From contig CAURWV010000003.1 of the NCBI GenBank assembly GCA_963528915.1, forward strand, positions 24,269 to 88,268: a stretch of 64,000 bases of DNA, in the 5' to 3' direction. The first letter of the stretch is position 1. Each line of letters starts with the position of its first letter. The notes under the pieces are model-generated. The model did not search any database. It saw only the letters and a list, made by a program, of their open reading frames with translations, and was not told where the DNA came from. Origin of the DNA: an uncultured Candidatus Saccharibacteria bacterium. GTDB lineage: Bacteria > Patescibacteriota > Saccharimonadia > Saccharimonadales > Saccharimonadaceae. Shown one piece after another: positions 35,453 through 45,569 of the stretch. Made by a program: the position numbers and the translations under genes.

Positions 35453-36844
35453 ATGAAAAAATACATCAAAACGATAGCCGATAGTCCGGTAAAGACCTTT
35501 GCTATAGTAGCGGCGTTTTTCGGATTACTGACTATATTAGTCACGCCGATTTTTACTGGTGCCGACGAGGAAGCCCATTTTATTCGCGCTTGGGGTATTT
35601 CTAATGGTCAGTTGTTGTTGACTTCAAAGAATGACAATCAAGTAACTATGCCTAAAGCTTTTCGCAAGACTATTGGTTGTTTGCAGAATAAAATTGCTAC
35701 TCGCGGTAATGTATACGAATATAAGTATGTTAATTATGGCAAGCAGTTGCCTACAACTGCCAGCTGCTCTCTTTCTATCAAAGTCGACAACAACGATACG
35801 GAAGAAATCCGCGCGTCTTCTGCCAGCTATTCGCCAGTCGCCTACGTACCGCAATTAGCAGCTGTATATATCGGGCGAATTTTTAATTGGCCGATCTTTG
35901 TTATTGCTTATCTAATGAGGATAGCTGTTTTGATAGCGTATATAACGCTTGTCTGCGTAGCTATCAAACTGTTAATTAATCGTAAGTGGGCGTTAGTAGG
36001 CATTGCTTTGTTGCCGCATTCGCTGATGCAAATAACTAATCCAGGCGCCGACTATCTTCTATTTGGTGTAGCTGCGATATTGGTGGCGGCCATCATCAGA
36101 AGTCGGCAACTAGCGGAAGATGATTATTTGGTCGAGCGGAAGAAAATCATGCTAATTACGCTGGTATCAATGAGCTTACTGATGGTTCCAAAAGGTGTAT
36201 TTCCTGGCATATGTTTCTTACCGTTGATCGTATTTTTAGCAGGCGTACGCAGAGAAATTTTTATGAAGATACTAATAATTTTGCTGGCATTAACTGCTGG
36301 TATCATTTGGCAAAAAATATCGTCGGTTACCTTGCCACGAACGACTGGTCCAGGCTTGATTTCTTTAGTGCTATCTTTCCCGAAAGCGTTTATCAAGACC
36401 ATGTTCTACGAATGGGCTAATAGAGACTTCCTATACAAAAATATTGGTCTCGGTATTAAAAACCGAGTCGGTTTGCCTGGTATAGCGATTTCGCTAATGA
36501 ACATGTTAGTAGCATTTTGTATTTTTGTAGCGGTAAAGACAGAGGAAAAAATTCAATCAAGCAAATACTTTTCGTGGGCAGCTTGGACTACGGTTGTGGC
36601 TATAATTGTTGGTAGTTTTGCGGCGATGCATGTGATGGCTTATGTGTTACAATCAGGCGATGGTATTATCAACGGTGTTCAGCCGCGGTATTTTTATCCA
36701 GCGCTATTTATATTAGCTGTTATCCCGATGCGGCGCTATATTTACGTCAAAAACGAAAGGATATATCGAAATATTGTTATTGCCGGATCGATGGTCGTTT
36801 TAACCGCTCATCTGTTTGCGATTATGGTGAAGTACTACAGTTAG
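35453..36844 (+). CDS. DUF2142-type polytopic membrane protein (predicted GT-C-like glycosyltransferase), paralogue 1
   Basis: Preferred ATG is 35453 (MKKYIK); the track start is a TTG at 35441. After TM1 comes the acidic loop motif GADEEAHFIRAWGISNG, followed by ~10 further TM helices. Confidence 0.65.
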   Translation: MKKYIKTIADSPVKTFAIVAAFFGLLTILVTPIFTGADEEAHFIRAWGISNGQLLLTSKNDNQVTMPKAFRKTIGCLQNKIATRGNVYEYKYVNYGKQLPTTASCSLSIKVDNNDTEEIRASSASYSPVAYVPQLAAVYIGRIFNWPIFVIAYLMRIAVLIAYITLVCVAIKLLINRKWALVGIALLPHSLMQITNPGADYLLFGVAAILVAAIIRSRQLAEDDYLVERKKIMLITLVSMSLLMVPKGVFPGICFLPLIVFLAGVRREIFMKILIILLALTAGIIWQKISSVTLPRTTGPGLISLVLSFPKAFIKTMFYEWANRDFLYKNIGLGIKNRVGLPGIAISLMNMLVAFCIFVAVKTEEKIQSSKYFSWAAWTTVVAIIVGSFAAMHVMAYVLQSGDGIINGVQPRYFYPALFILAVIPMRRYIYVKNERIYRNIVIAGSMVVLTAHLFAIMVKYYS

Positions 36845-36851
36845 TGGTATA

Positions 36852-37871
36852 ATGACTGTCATGAGTGAGGTGACAGTTTCTATTGTTTGCACAAACTATA
36901 ACAAAGGACCTTGGATTGCTGATGCTATTGAGAGTTTTTTAAGGCAAAAAACTGACTTTGCCTATGAGATTATTATCATAGACGATAAATCGACAGACGA
37001 ATCTCCAGATATTATTAGAAAATATGCTAGCGAGCATTCTGATAAAATAAGAGCTATCTTCAATAGGAAAAACTTGGGCATTACGCGAACATGGAAAAAG
37101 GCTTGTAAAGAAACAAGGGGTAAATACATAGCGCGTTGCGATGGTGATGACTACTGGATTGACGATTATAAGCTACAAAAACAAGTTGATGCATTAAAGA
37201 AAAACAGAAGGTCTAAATGGTGTAACACTGACTTTAATATTATTAACGAAAAAGGAGAAACTCTCCAAAAATTTGGTTTTCAGAATGGACACATGAAGAT
37301 GTCGGATTCGTACGAAGATATTTTCGCAGATAAAGGCTTTACGATGGCCTCCACCTGGTTAGTTGATGCAGCGCTGATGAAACAAGTTAATGAGAAACTC
37401 GACGACAAAGCAGTTGATGATACGTTTAACATTCAGCTAGATTTATTTCATAATACTAAACTAACGTATATACCGGAAGCTACTACTGTTTATCGAGTAT
37501 GCGATGGTTCCGATTCGCGGCCGATAGATCCCGCTGCTATTGAGAGTAGAAATAAACGATTAGTAAATACTCAGCTGGAGTACCTTAAAAAATATCAAGA
37601 TATAGATCATATTAAAGTTATTAAGAAACTACTATCGCTGTCTGAAATCAATGACAATCGGCTAGCTTTAATTAACCGGCAAAGATCGTTGATAGAGGCG
37701 CAAGAAGGAAAAATTAAAGACTTAACAAATACTATAACGAAGACCATAGAAGATAAAGACAAGCAAATGGCTATCCTATTGTCATCTAGGGCATACAAAG
37801 TAGGGAAAACAATCATAACTCCGCTCAGTGCTATAAAAAAGTTGGCGTTAAGAAGGGGTGAAAAACAATGA
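36852..37871 (+). CDS. GT2 glycosyltransferase with a C-terminal coiled coil and basic tail
   Basis: VSIVCTNYNKG, IIIDDKSTDES and CDGDDYW motifs. The C-terminal ~90 aa are heptad-like and end in YKVGKTIITPLSAIKKLALRRGEKQ. Confidence 0.85.
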   Translation: MTVMSEVTVSIVCTNYNKGPWIADAIESFLRQKTDFAYEIIIIDDKSTDESPDIIRKYASEHSDKIRAIFNRKNLGITRTWKKACKETRGKYIARCDGDDYWIDDYKLQKQVDALKKNRRSKWCNTDFNIINEKGETLQKFGFQNGHMKMSDSYEDIFADKGFTMASTWLVDAALMKQVNEKLDDKAVDDTFNIQLDLFHNTKLTYIPEATTVYRVCDGSDSRPIDPAAIESRNKRLVNTQLEYLKKYQDIDHIKVIKKLLSLSEINDNRLALINRQRSLIEAQEGKIKDLTNTITKTIEDKDKQMAILLSSRAYKVGKTIITPLSAIKKLALRRGEKQ

Positions 37872-40138
37872 AAAATGTATTAAAAAAGATTAAACATAAA
37901 ACCCGTATTCGTACCAGATACCGCGACGCCAAGAAGAAAGCTAGATCTATCGCTTATATCTACCGAACTAATGGTCGCCAAGGTTTATCTATGTATGTCA
38001 AAGACGGCATTAAAAAACGGATTCGAAAGAACACGCCGTCTGTTGAAGCGGGAGATGTTCTGTTGGTTTCGATTGGTGATGAATTGTTAGATCGTTATCG
38101 CACTGACCACATGATAGAATCTCTTGAATCGGTCGGCATGTCGGTCGGTAAAGTATTTTATTACGAGTTAAAACCCGAACATATTAAACACTATAATGTC
38201 TTTATATTTTACCGTTGTCCTTGGCTTAAAGAATTTGAAAGTATCTTTGAAGAGATCCGACGCAAAAATAAAGTTTCAATATACGCTGTCGATGATTTGG
38301 TAATCGATCGAAAGTACACCGATAAATTACCGGTGGTGCAGGCTATGCTTCCTGAGGATAGAATACTGTATGACAATGGAGTTGAGCGCCACAATAAGCT
38401 CATGCGTTGCTGTGACTACGCTATTACTACTACTGAAGGTCTGGCTGATGAACTTAAAAAATATGACAACTTCCGTGATGTTTATATTGATCGTAATTCA
38501 ATGAGCGATGAAATGATTTATTATGCAGATAAGGCAGTTGCAGAAGTAGCACGTGATGCGAAAAAGATTGTTATCGGTTACTTTTCAGGTACTAATACCC
38601 ATAATGAAGATTTTCAGATGGTTGCTCCGGCTCTTATCAAAATTCTAAAAAAGTACAAAAATACGTATATCAAACTAGCTGGTAGATTAGAAGCGCCAGA
38701 GCCGCTGAAAGATTTTGCAGACCGGTTAATTTTTACACCATATGTTGATTGGCGTCGATTACCTTATGAATTACGACAATGCGATATCACGTTATCACCT
38801 CTAGTAGACAGTGTGTTTAATAGAGCAAAATCTGAGAATAAATGGTCCGAATCTTCGCTGGTTGAGGTCGCGACAATTGCTAGTGACGTCGGCGCTTTCA
38901 AGATTTCTATTGATAATGGCAAGACGGGAATTTTGGTAGATAATACTACCGATGGCTGGTTCAAAGGAATCAGTCAGCTAGTGGAGGATACTACTCTGAG
39001 AGAAAATATTGCTAGGCAGGCTAGAGAATATGTACGAAAAAACTACAAGACTACTGGATGCCGGGCCGTAGCACTTCGTGATTTCTTAGAAGAGATTACG
39101 CCGCCAGTAATTGCCTTTGGCGGCGTAAACATTAGCGCTATCTCAGGTGGCAACATGGTGGTTAAAAAACACATGGACGTCTTGAGGCGAGCTGGGAATA
39201 TTGTTTATGGTGTTGAAAGCATGGACTATCATGAAAATGATCAATGGCAAGAGCTAAACAATAAAGACGACAAGCTCTACGATATTTTCCGGATCAATAG
39301 TTTCAGGGCTAAGGATAAGGTTAATCTGCGGATGCACTTTGACCGATTTGTTGCAACGTTTTGGCACAGTGTAGCAATGGTTGACGAATATACATATATG
39401 AAACCTAGCGGTAAAAAACTCTATCTAGTGCAAAATATGGAGGCCGATTTCTATAAAGGTAGTGACGCTACTAGAAGAAAAGTCTTTGCTACTTATAGAA
39501 ACGAGAGGGTGCATCCTATAACTATCTCTAAGTGGTGTCAAACTTGGCTAAAAGATGAGTTTGATCGCAATGCTAAATATGCACCTAACGGTATTGAGCT
39601 TGATAATTTCCCGTATCATCAGAGAGATTGGCAAAATCGCAGAATTAAAATACTAGTCGAAGGCGATAGTTCTAGCGAATATAAACGGGTTGATGAATCA
39701 TTTAAAATTACTAATAAGCTCGACGCCGATAAATACGAAGTATCATATTTATCGTATAATGCCGCACCAAAAGATTGGTATCGTGTTGATCATACGTATA
39801 TCAAGATTCCCTCAGATGAAGTTGGTAGGATTTATGCTGATCATGACATATTAGTTAAATCAAGTGTGCTCGAAAGCTTCTCTTATCCGCCGCTTGAAAT
39901 ACTAGCTACAGGGGGCTTACCGATATTAGTGAAAAACGACGGTAATGCTGAATATATTGTAGATGGCGAGAATGCTATTTATTACGATATCAAAGATATT
40001 GATGGTGCTGTTCAGAGGATCGAGGAAATCACGGCCAATAGTGATGAATATCACAGACTAACGCAAAATGGCCGTACTACTGCTGAAAAAAGAAGCTGGG
40101 ATAGGCTATCGCGTAAGATTTTAGCATTATATGAGTAG
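37868..40138 (+). CDS. 756-aa protein with two GT-B (GT4-like) glycosyltransferase modules
   Basis: The first module ends near SENKWSESSLVEVATIASDVGAFKISIDNGKTGILV. The second ends near VLESFSYPPLEILATGGLPILVKNDGNAEYIVDGENAIYY. Both are E-x7-E-like regions. Confidence 0.65.
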   Translation: MKNVLKKIKHKTRIRTRYRDAKKKARSIAYIYRTNGRQGLSMYVKDGIKKRIRKNTPSVEAGDVLLVSIGDELLDRYRTDHMIESLESVGMSVGKVFYYELKPEHIKHYNVFIFYRCPWLKEFESIFEEIRRKNKVSIYAVDDLVIDRKYTDKLPVVQAMLPEDRILYDNGVERHNKLMRCCDYAITTTEGLADELKKYDNFRDVYIDRNSMSDEMIYYADKAVAEVARDAKKIVIGYFSGTNTHNEDFQMVAPALIKILKKYKNTYIKLAGRLEAPEPLKDFADRLIFTPYVDWRRLPYELRQCDITLSPLVDSVFNRAKSENKWSESSLVEVATIASDVGAFKISIDNGKTGILVDNTTDGWFKGISQLVEDTTLRENIARQAREYVRKNYKTTGCRAVALRDFLEEITPPVIAFGGVNISAISGGNMVVKKHMDVLRRAGNIVYGVESMDYHENDQWQELNNKDDKLYDIFRINSFRAKDKVNLRMHFDRFVATFWHSVAMVDEYTYMKPSGKKLYLVQNMEADFYKGSDATRRKVFATYRNERVHPITISKWCQTWLKDEFDRNAKYAPNGIELDNFPYHQRDWQNRRIKILVEGDSSSEYKRVDESFKITNKLDADKYEVSYLSYNAAPKDWYRVDHTYIKIPSDEVGRIYADHDILVKSSVLESFSYPPLEILATGGLPILVKNDGNAEYIVDGENAIYYDIKDIDGAVQRIEEITANSDEYHRLTQNGRTTAEKRSWDRLSRKILALYE

Positions 40139-41576
40139 CGACAATACGATGATTAAACATAAATCAGCTATGAGCAAAATTAAACAGTTCTTTACCAGGC
40201 CAGAATATGTTTTTGTTGTGCCGGCGCTTTTTTTTGGCTTGCTATCTACGGTGTTTATTCCGCAGTTAAGTGCTAACGATGAGAATATGCATTTTATACG
40301 CAGCTACGAATTAACAGAAGGAGAAATAGGCCACAAATGTCACTTGCCAGTGGACATCAAAGAACGAGCCTTCTATCAGGTGTATGCCCAAAAACCCAAT
40401 TTTTCATTTGATAAGAGGAAGATCAATCCGTCTAACAAAATAACTACTGACTGTGGTACTGCTACTGGGTATAATCCTGTGTTACATATTCCGCAAGTAA
40501 TTGGTATATCGCTAGCTAAACTAATACATCCAAGTACTGGGGTGATGATTCTTTTTGGCAGAATTGCTAATCTTTTGGTGTATTGTGCGGGATTATTTTT
40601 TATCATCAAAACTGCTCGAATCGGCAAGTGGATGTTGGTTATCATAGGTCTGATGCCGACATTATTGCATATGGCTAGCACATTGTCCGGCGACGTAATG
40701 AATAATGTGATTGTTTTAGGGTTTATAACTTATCTATTCAATATATTTACACAAAAAGAACAGATGACCAGGCGTCAGATTATGATGCTGATGACTTTCA
40801 GTATATTTTTGGCAACTACCAAACCGACAAACGCTATACTTTTGTTGCCGATTTTATTCTTGCCGGCGAGACTTGTGCCGCAAATCGCAATTAAAGGTAA
40901 ATATATCCCGAAGAGCTTGACTAGGTTTGGCATTGCGTTTGGTGCGGGAGCGCTTATTATATTGGTGATAGCGCTTTGGGCTTATATTTATAAAGACCAA
41001 ACAATTATTGCCTCAGCTAGTGTGAATCCAGTAGCAGAAAGACCGTATAGGCTAGCAAGAATATTGTTTAATACCTTTATTAACCCAGATATAATAGTGA
41101 GAGGCATTCCTTTTGCGGATTGGTTATTGCGAAGCGCAGTGGGCAGCTTTTCATCGTTTGGGTATCATCTACCATTTTATGTAGTGACCATGGCGATTGT
41201 TCTGGTGGTGGTTGTCGGTTTAACTAGCAATCCTGCTGAAGAAAAACTAGTATCAAAAACTGCGACAAGAATGTCCCTAGCTATGATATCTACGTGGCTA
41301 ATTATGATTATTGCTATCACGTATGGTTTGTACGTTTCTTGGGCTTTGCGGCCAGACATGCTGGGTTCTAAGGCTCAGTACGCCTATGGGCTGCAAGGCA
41401 GGTATTTTATACCTTTCCTTATTTTATTGTATCCATTGTTTGTGTGGTTGCGAAAATATATAAGAATAGAAACGAACAATAAGAATCTTTGCGGGTATTT
41501 AATTTTGGCTTTTATGTGTTCCGTGCTGACATTTTATACGATTCAAACAATTTGCTATAACGTGCGGATAAGTTGA
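40131..41576 (+). CDS. DUF2142-type polytopic membrane protein (predicted GT-C-like glycosyltransferase), paralogue 2
   Basis: After TM1 comes the acidic loop motif SANDENMHFIRSYELTEG, parallel to the ORF at 35453. Many TM helices. Overlaps the upstream gene by 8 nt. Confidence 0.65.
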   Translation: MSSDNTMIKHKSAMSKIKQFFTRPEYVFVVPALFFGLLSTVFIPQLSANDENMHFIRSYELTEGEIGHKCHLPVDIKERAFYQVYAQKPNFSFDKRKINPSNKITTDCGTATGYNPVLHIPQVIGISLAKLIHPSTGVMILFGRIANLLVYCAGLFFIIKTARIGKWMLVIIGLMPTLLHMASTLSGDVMNNVIVLGFITYLFNIFTQKEQMTRRQIMMLMTFSIFLATTKPTNAILLLPILFLPARLVPQIAIKGKYIPKSLTRFGIAFGAGALIILVIALWAYIYKDQTIIASASVNPVAERPYRLARILFNTFINPDIIVRGIPFADWLLRSAVGSFSSFGYHLPFYVVTMAIVLVVVVGLTSNPAEEKLVSKTATRMSLAMISTWLIMIIAITYGLYVSWALRPDMLGSKAQYAYGLQGRYFIPFLILLYPLFVWLRKYIRIETNNKNLCGYLILAFMCSVLTFYTIQTICYNVRIS

Positions 41577-42859
41577 ATGCAAGGATTTGTCGAGTGAGCA
41601 AAAAGAATGATTATATCTGGAATTCTCTGGGGTCTTTTCTACAGAGCGCTATTTCACCGATACTTCTAATTATCATTACACGCCTGAATGGTATTGATGA
41701 CTCTGGGCTATTTTCATTTGCACTGTCGCTTTCGGTGGTGTTTTGGGCGGTATCATTATGGGGTGGGCGAACATATCAGGTTTCTGACGTCAGACGAGAA
41801 TTCTCGAGCGGTGATTATATTACCGTTCGCTTTGTTACATCGTTGATTGTGATAATTTCTGCGATTGCGTTTTGTTTATTGAACGGATATAACGCCACAA
41901 AAACAAGTTTGATTATGATTTTGGTAGTCTTTAAGATTCTAGAGTCTATCGCCGATTCATTATACGGCGTTCTGCAAATCCATCGGAAGTTGTATATTGC
42001 TGGTATATCGTTGACTATGAAAGCTATCCTTGGTTTTGGCGCATTTATCGCGGTTGATTTTTTCACCAAAAACGTTATTTATGGCGCACTGGCGATACTA
42101 TTAGTAAATATATTGGTAATTTTATTTTATGATATCCTGTGGGTGCAGCGAGTTGAAAGTATCGCCGTGAGTAGAGAGATTGTGAGAAAATATATCACCC
42201 AGGCTATAGTAATTATGAAACGAACTTCGCCGGTCTTCGTGGTGATGTTTTTGACGATGTTTTCGCTGAATATTCCGCGCTATTTTTTGGATAAAGCACA
42301 CCCTGACCAAATTGGCTATTTTGGTATTATGGCGATGCCTATTACGCTACTGGGGCTTTTTATCTCATTTATTATTCAACCAAACGTTGTGAGCCTGTCT
42401 GAACTGTTAGATAAAGGAAAACGCAAGGAATTTGCGCGAATTGTGGGCAAAATAAATCAAATAACATTTGGGCTAGGAGTTGTTTCAGTTGTGCTGAGTT
42501 ATTTGATTGGTGTGTGGATCTTGAATACCATTTTTGGCATTGCTATTGATAATTTCCGCTTAGATTTGACTATTATGGTTATTGGAGCGGCGGCAAACGC
42601 TTTTGTATCAATTTACGTTAACCTTTTAATCATCATGCGCCGATTCAAGGGGCAATTTTATACGCTACTTCTCACGGATATGTTAGCGGTGGGAATGTCT
42701 GCCTATCTGGTGGGTCAGTTTGCGATGTTGGGCAGTGTGGTCGCATTTATGCTTATTAGCTTTTTGCAGGTTGCATTGTTGTTCTTTATATACGATAGAT
42801 CATTAAAAGATGATATAATTCTTAGTAAAACGAAGGGAAGTATAAAAGCTAATGAGTAA
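41573..42859 (+). CDS. Wzx-like polysaccharide flippase (MOP superfamily)
   Basis: About 12 TM helices over ~420 aa. N-terminal NDYIWNSLGSFLQSAISPILLIIITR pattern. Start uncertain: TTG 41573 overlapping the upstream TGA, or GTG 41594. Confidence 0.65.
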   Translation: MNARICRVSKKNDYIWNSLGSFLQSAISPILLIIITRLNGIDDSGLFSFALSLSVVFWAVSLWGGRTYQVSDVRREFSSGDYITVRFVTSLIVIISAIAFCLLNGYNATKTSLIMILVVFKILESIADSLYGVLQIHRKLYIAGISLTMKAILGFGAFIAVDFFTKNVIYGALAILLVNILVILFYDILWVQRVESIAVSREIVRKYITQAIVIMKRTSPVFVVMFLTMFSLNIPRYFLDKAHPDQIGYFGIMAMPITLLGLFISFIIQPNVVSLSELLDKGKRKEFARIVGKINQITFGLGVVSVVLSYLIGVWILNTIFGIAIDNFRLDLTIMVIGAAANAFVSIYVNLLIIMRRFKGQFYTLLLTDMLAVGMSAYLVGQFAMLGSVVAFMLISFLQVALLFFIYDRSLKDDIILSKTKGSIKANE

Positions 42860-43709
42860 AAAATACGTTATTTTGGGTGCAAGTGGGCAGCTGGGCAAGG
42901 CTCTACAGGCGATGTTTCCAGATGCTAAAGCGCTGGCACGGGAAGAGTTAGATATTACTGACGAAGCGCAGGTGAATGCGTTTGATTGGTCAAAATACGA
43001 TGTAATCTTGAATTCGGCGGCGCTGGTCAATGCTGACGGCTCTGAGACGCCAGAGCTTCGTGCTAAAACTTGGCTGGCTAATGCTTATGGTCCGCGTAAC
43101 TTGGCAAAAATTGCAATTGAACAAGACAAGACTCTTGTTCACTATTCATCAGATTACGTCTGGGATGGTCGTGAGAAAAACCACAAAGATGACGAAGTAG
43201 TGGCGCCACTGTTGGTATACGGAGAAAGTAAGGCGGCTGGTGATTTGGTGGTTAGTTTGGTGCCAAAACATTACATTATGCGAGTATCTTGGGTAGTTGG
43301 TGATGGCCACAATATGCCGAAAACCATGAAAAACCTGGCGGATATGCGCATCGATCCTAAAGTTGTTGATGATCAATTTGGTCGGCTAACGTTTGCGTCA
43401 GAAATTACCCGAGCTACTAAGTATTTCCTGGATAACAGTGTGGCGTATGGATTATATAATGTCACTAATGATGGTCCGGTTAAGTCGTGGTACGAGATCG
43501 CGGCCGATGTTTTTGAATATGCCGGGCATGATCGCAATCGTGTGCAACCAATTTCTACCGAGGAATATGCAGCCAGTAAGCCAGGCTTTGCGCCGCGCCC
43601 GCTCAATAGTGATATGGATTTGTCGAAGTTGCGTCAAACGGGTTTTACACCAAGTGATTACACAGACCTGTTGAAAGATTATATTAGCCAGTTACCGGTG
43701 AATGAATAG
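42852..43709 (+). CDS. rfbD: dTDP-4-dehydrorhamnose reductase family (RmlD paralogue 1)
   Basis: ILGASGQLG Rossmann motif, YGESKAAGD catalytic Y-x3-K, RPLNSDMDLSKL. Roughly half-identical by eye to the second copy at 47485-48336. Confidence 0.8.
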   Translation: MSKKYVILGASGQLGKALQAMFPDAKALAREELDITDEAQVNAFDWSKYDVILNSAALVNADGSETPELRAKTWLANAYGPRNLAKIAIEQDKTLVHYSSDYVWDGREKNHKDDEVVAPLLVYGESKAAGDLVVSLVPKHYIMRVSWVVGDGHNMPKTMKNLADMRIDPKVVDDQFGRLTFASEITRATKYFLDNSVAYGLYNVTNDGPVKSWYEIAADVFEYAGHDRNRVQPISTEEYAASKPGFAPRPLNSDMDLSKLRQTGFTPSDYTDLLKDYISQLPVNE

Positions 43710-43715
43710 GAGATT

Positions 43716-44702
43716 GTGACCGTGAATAAAGGAATTCTAAATGTTATATATCAAAGTGATGACAACTATGCGGTAGTGAGTGCAATTTCTATCGTATCGC
43801 TTCTGGAGAATAATAAGCACTTGAAGCAAATTAATATTTTTTATCTTGGGCATCAACTCAAAAAAGCCAGTATCAACAAGTTTAATAAAATGGTTGGTAA
43901 CTACCAGAATGCTACAATTACGTTTGTTGACGTCTCAAGCTATCCTGATGAGCTGAAAGAGATCGGTGTCAAGGCTTGGAAAGGCCTGTACATCACATGG
44001 TACAAGATGTTAGCATTTGCCAAGCTCGACATAAAAACAGACCGAATTTTATATATTAATCCACACACGGTGATTAGTGGTGCGCTTGACGGTCTTTTGG
44101 AGCTTGATTTTGAAGATAATGTAATGGCATTGTCATATGACGCTACCATGGTGAACGCGCACAAGGATGTAATTGGTTTGAAACCAACCGACGGTTACTT
44201 TAATTGTGGGGTTATGCTTATCAATCACAAAAAATGGATGAAAGATAAGATTGATGCCAAGATGCGCGAGCATTTGCGGCACAATAGCTACGAGGTGGCT
44301 GACCAAGATTTGTGCAACGTGTTTTTCAAAGGCAAGATCAAGAAAGTTGGTGTGGAATATAACTTTTCGACCGTTTTCTATGGCTATGACATTAAAAAAT
44401 ATATTAAGGCCAATGGTTTCTTGCCAGAGAGTTTTTATAGTTATGATGAAATCATGGAGAGTTACTACACGCCGAAGATCATTCATTCGCAGTTTGGTGT
44501 GAACGGTAGGCCGTGGCAGCAGGGTAACGATAATCCAGTTGGTTTTTTGTGGCGTAAATATTTGAAACTAACGCCCTGGAGAAATGCTAAAATGCCAGTA
44601 GCGAAGAAGGATATGAACTGGCGACTATATGACTTATTACCACAATCAATAATCGTCAGACTGTATGCTTGGGCGGTTACGCGCAAGTTTGCGAAGAAAT
44701 AG
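43716..44702 (+). CDS. GT8 family glycosyltransferase
   Basis: NVIYQSDDNYAVVSAISIVSLLENN, the YINPHTVISG region, FNCGVMLINHKKW and ADQDLCNVFF motifs are typical of GT8. Start is GTG 43716 or GTG 43722 (RBS AGGAG at 43708-43712). Confidence 0.8.
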   Translation: MTVNKGILNVIYQSDDNYAVVSAISIVSLLENNKHLKQINIFYLGHQLKKASINKFNKMVGNYQNATITFVDVSSYPDELKEIGVKAWKGLYITWYKMLAFAKLDIKTDRILYINPHTVISGALDGLLELDFEDNVMALSYDATMVNAHKDVIGLKPTDGYFNCGVMLINHKKWMKDKIDAKMREHLRHNSYEVADQDLCNVFFKGKIKKVGVEYNFSTVFYGYDIKKYIKANGFLPESFYSYDEIMESYYTPKIIHSQFGVNGRPWQQGNDNPVGFLWRKYLKLTPWRNAKMPVAKKDMNWRLYDLLPQSIIVRLYAWAVTRKFAKK

Positions 44703-44747
44703 TGGTCTTAGCTCTGTGTTTCCCTGTTTCGAAGGTAGCGAACTGCC

Positions 44748-45569
44748 TTAATTCATTATGCGCGATATAAGGCCGTGAATGCGCGATGTAATGCGAAATT
44801 TAGCTGCGCGCGAGGCTTTTTTCCAGCCAATTTTATCAAACCTGTCGGCGAAAGTGTTGTAAACCTCTTTTTCTTCGCCGAAACGTATGCCGTTTTTACC
44901 TTTTTCTTTGCTGGACAGCGATTCGGCAAAACGGCGATATTGAAAAGTCTCTGTGGTATCAAAGTAAAGTGAGGCTCCATCAATAATCATTGTTAGCTCA
45001 ATAATGACGTCCTCAAGAATCTTGTATTTTGTGTCGAACGAATATCGCTTGATGGTGTCGGTTTTCCAGGTGATGGATGGGAAGTAAAGCCAATTACCAT
45101 GACAAAGCAATGTGGCAAGTTTTTCACCGGTTAGCATACCAGATTTTTTGGGCTGGAGTATTCGCTTAACTTTATCGGCTAATGGCAAATACACATTGTT
45201 TTTATCGTCAATTACTTGAACGCCAGGTTGATAGAAGTCTGCCTCACCAATATTCTTTAGCGTAGTCTCGACATAATCAGGTAGTAATTTATCATCGCAG
45301 CCAACGATCATACAATACGGTGCGCTTGCGTACTGAATGGCATAATTAAAGTTGGCGGTAATACCGATATTCTTGCGGTGTCTGATGTAGGTAATGCGTT
45401 TGTTATTTAGCTCTTTGTAATAACTTTGAGCAGTTTTGTCTGGATAGTGATCGTCGAGTATAGTCAAATGCCAAGCATCGCTAGTTTGTGCTAGTATCGA
45501 GTCGACAGTTTGTCTTAGCAGTGAAAAATCACCCCAGTATGGTACGATAATATCAATAGTATTTTTCAT
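44748..45569 (-). CDS. GT2 glycosyltransferase
   Basis: Preferred ATG is 45569 (MKNTIDIIVPYWGD...ILDDHYPD...GCDDKL). The 55-codon upstream extension in the track overlaps the DUF2304 gene and looks non-genic. Confidence 0.8.
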   Translation of the reverse strand: MKNTIDIIVPYWGDFSLLRQTVDSILAQTSDAWHLTILDDHYPDKTAQSYYKELNNKRITYIRHRKNIGITANFNYAIQYASAPYCMIVGCDDKLLPDYVETTLKNIGEADFYQPGVQVIDDKNNVYLPLADKVKRILQPKKSGMLTGEKLATLLCHGNWLYFPSITWKTDTIKRYSFDTKYKILEDVIIELTMIIDGASLYFDTTETFQYRRFAESLSSKEKGKNGIRFGEEKEVYNTFADRFDKIGWKKASRAAKFRITSRIHGLISRIMN

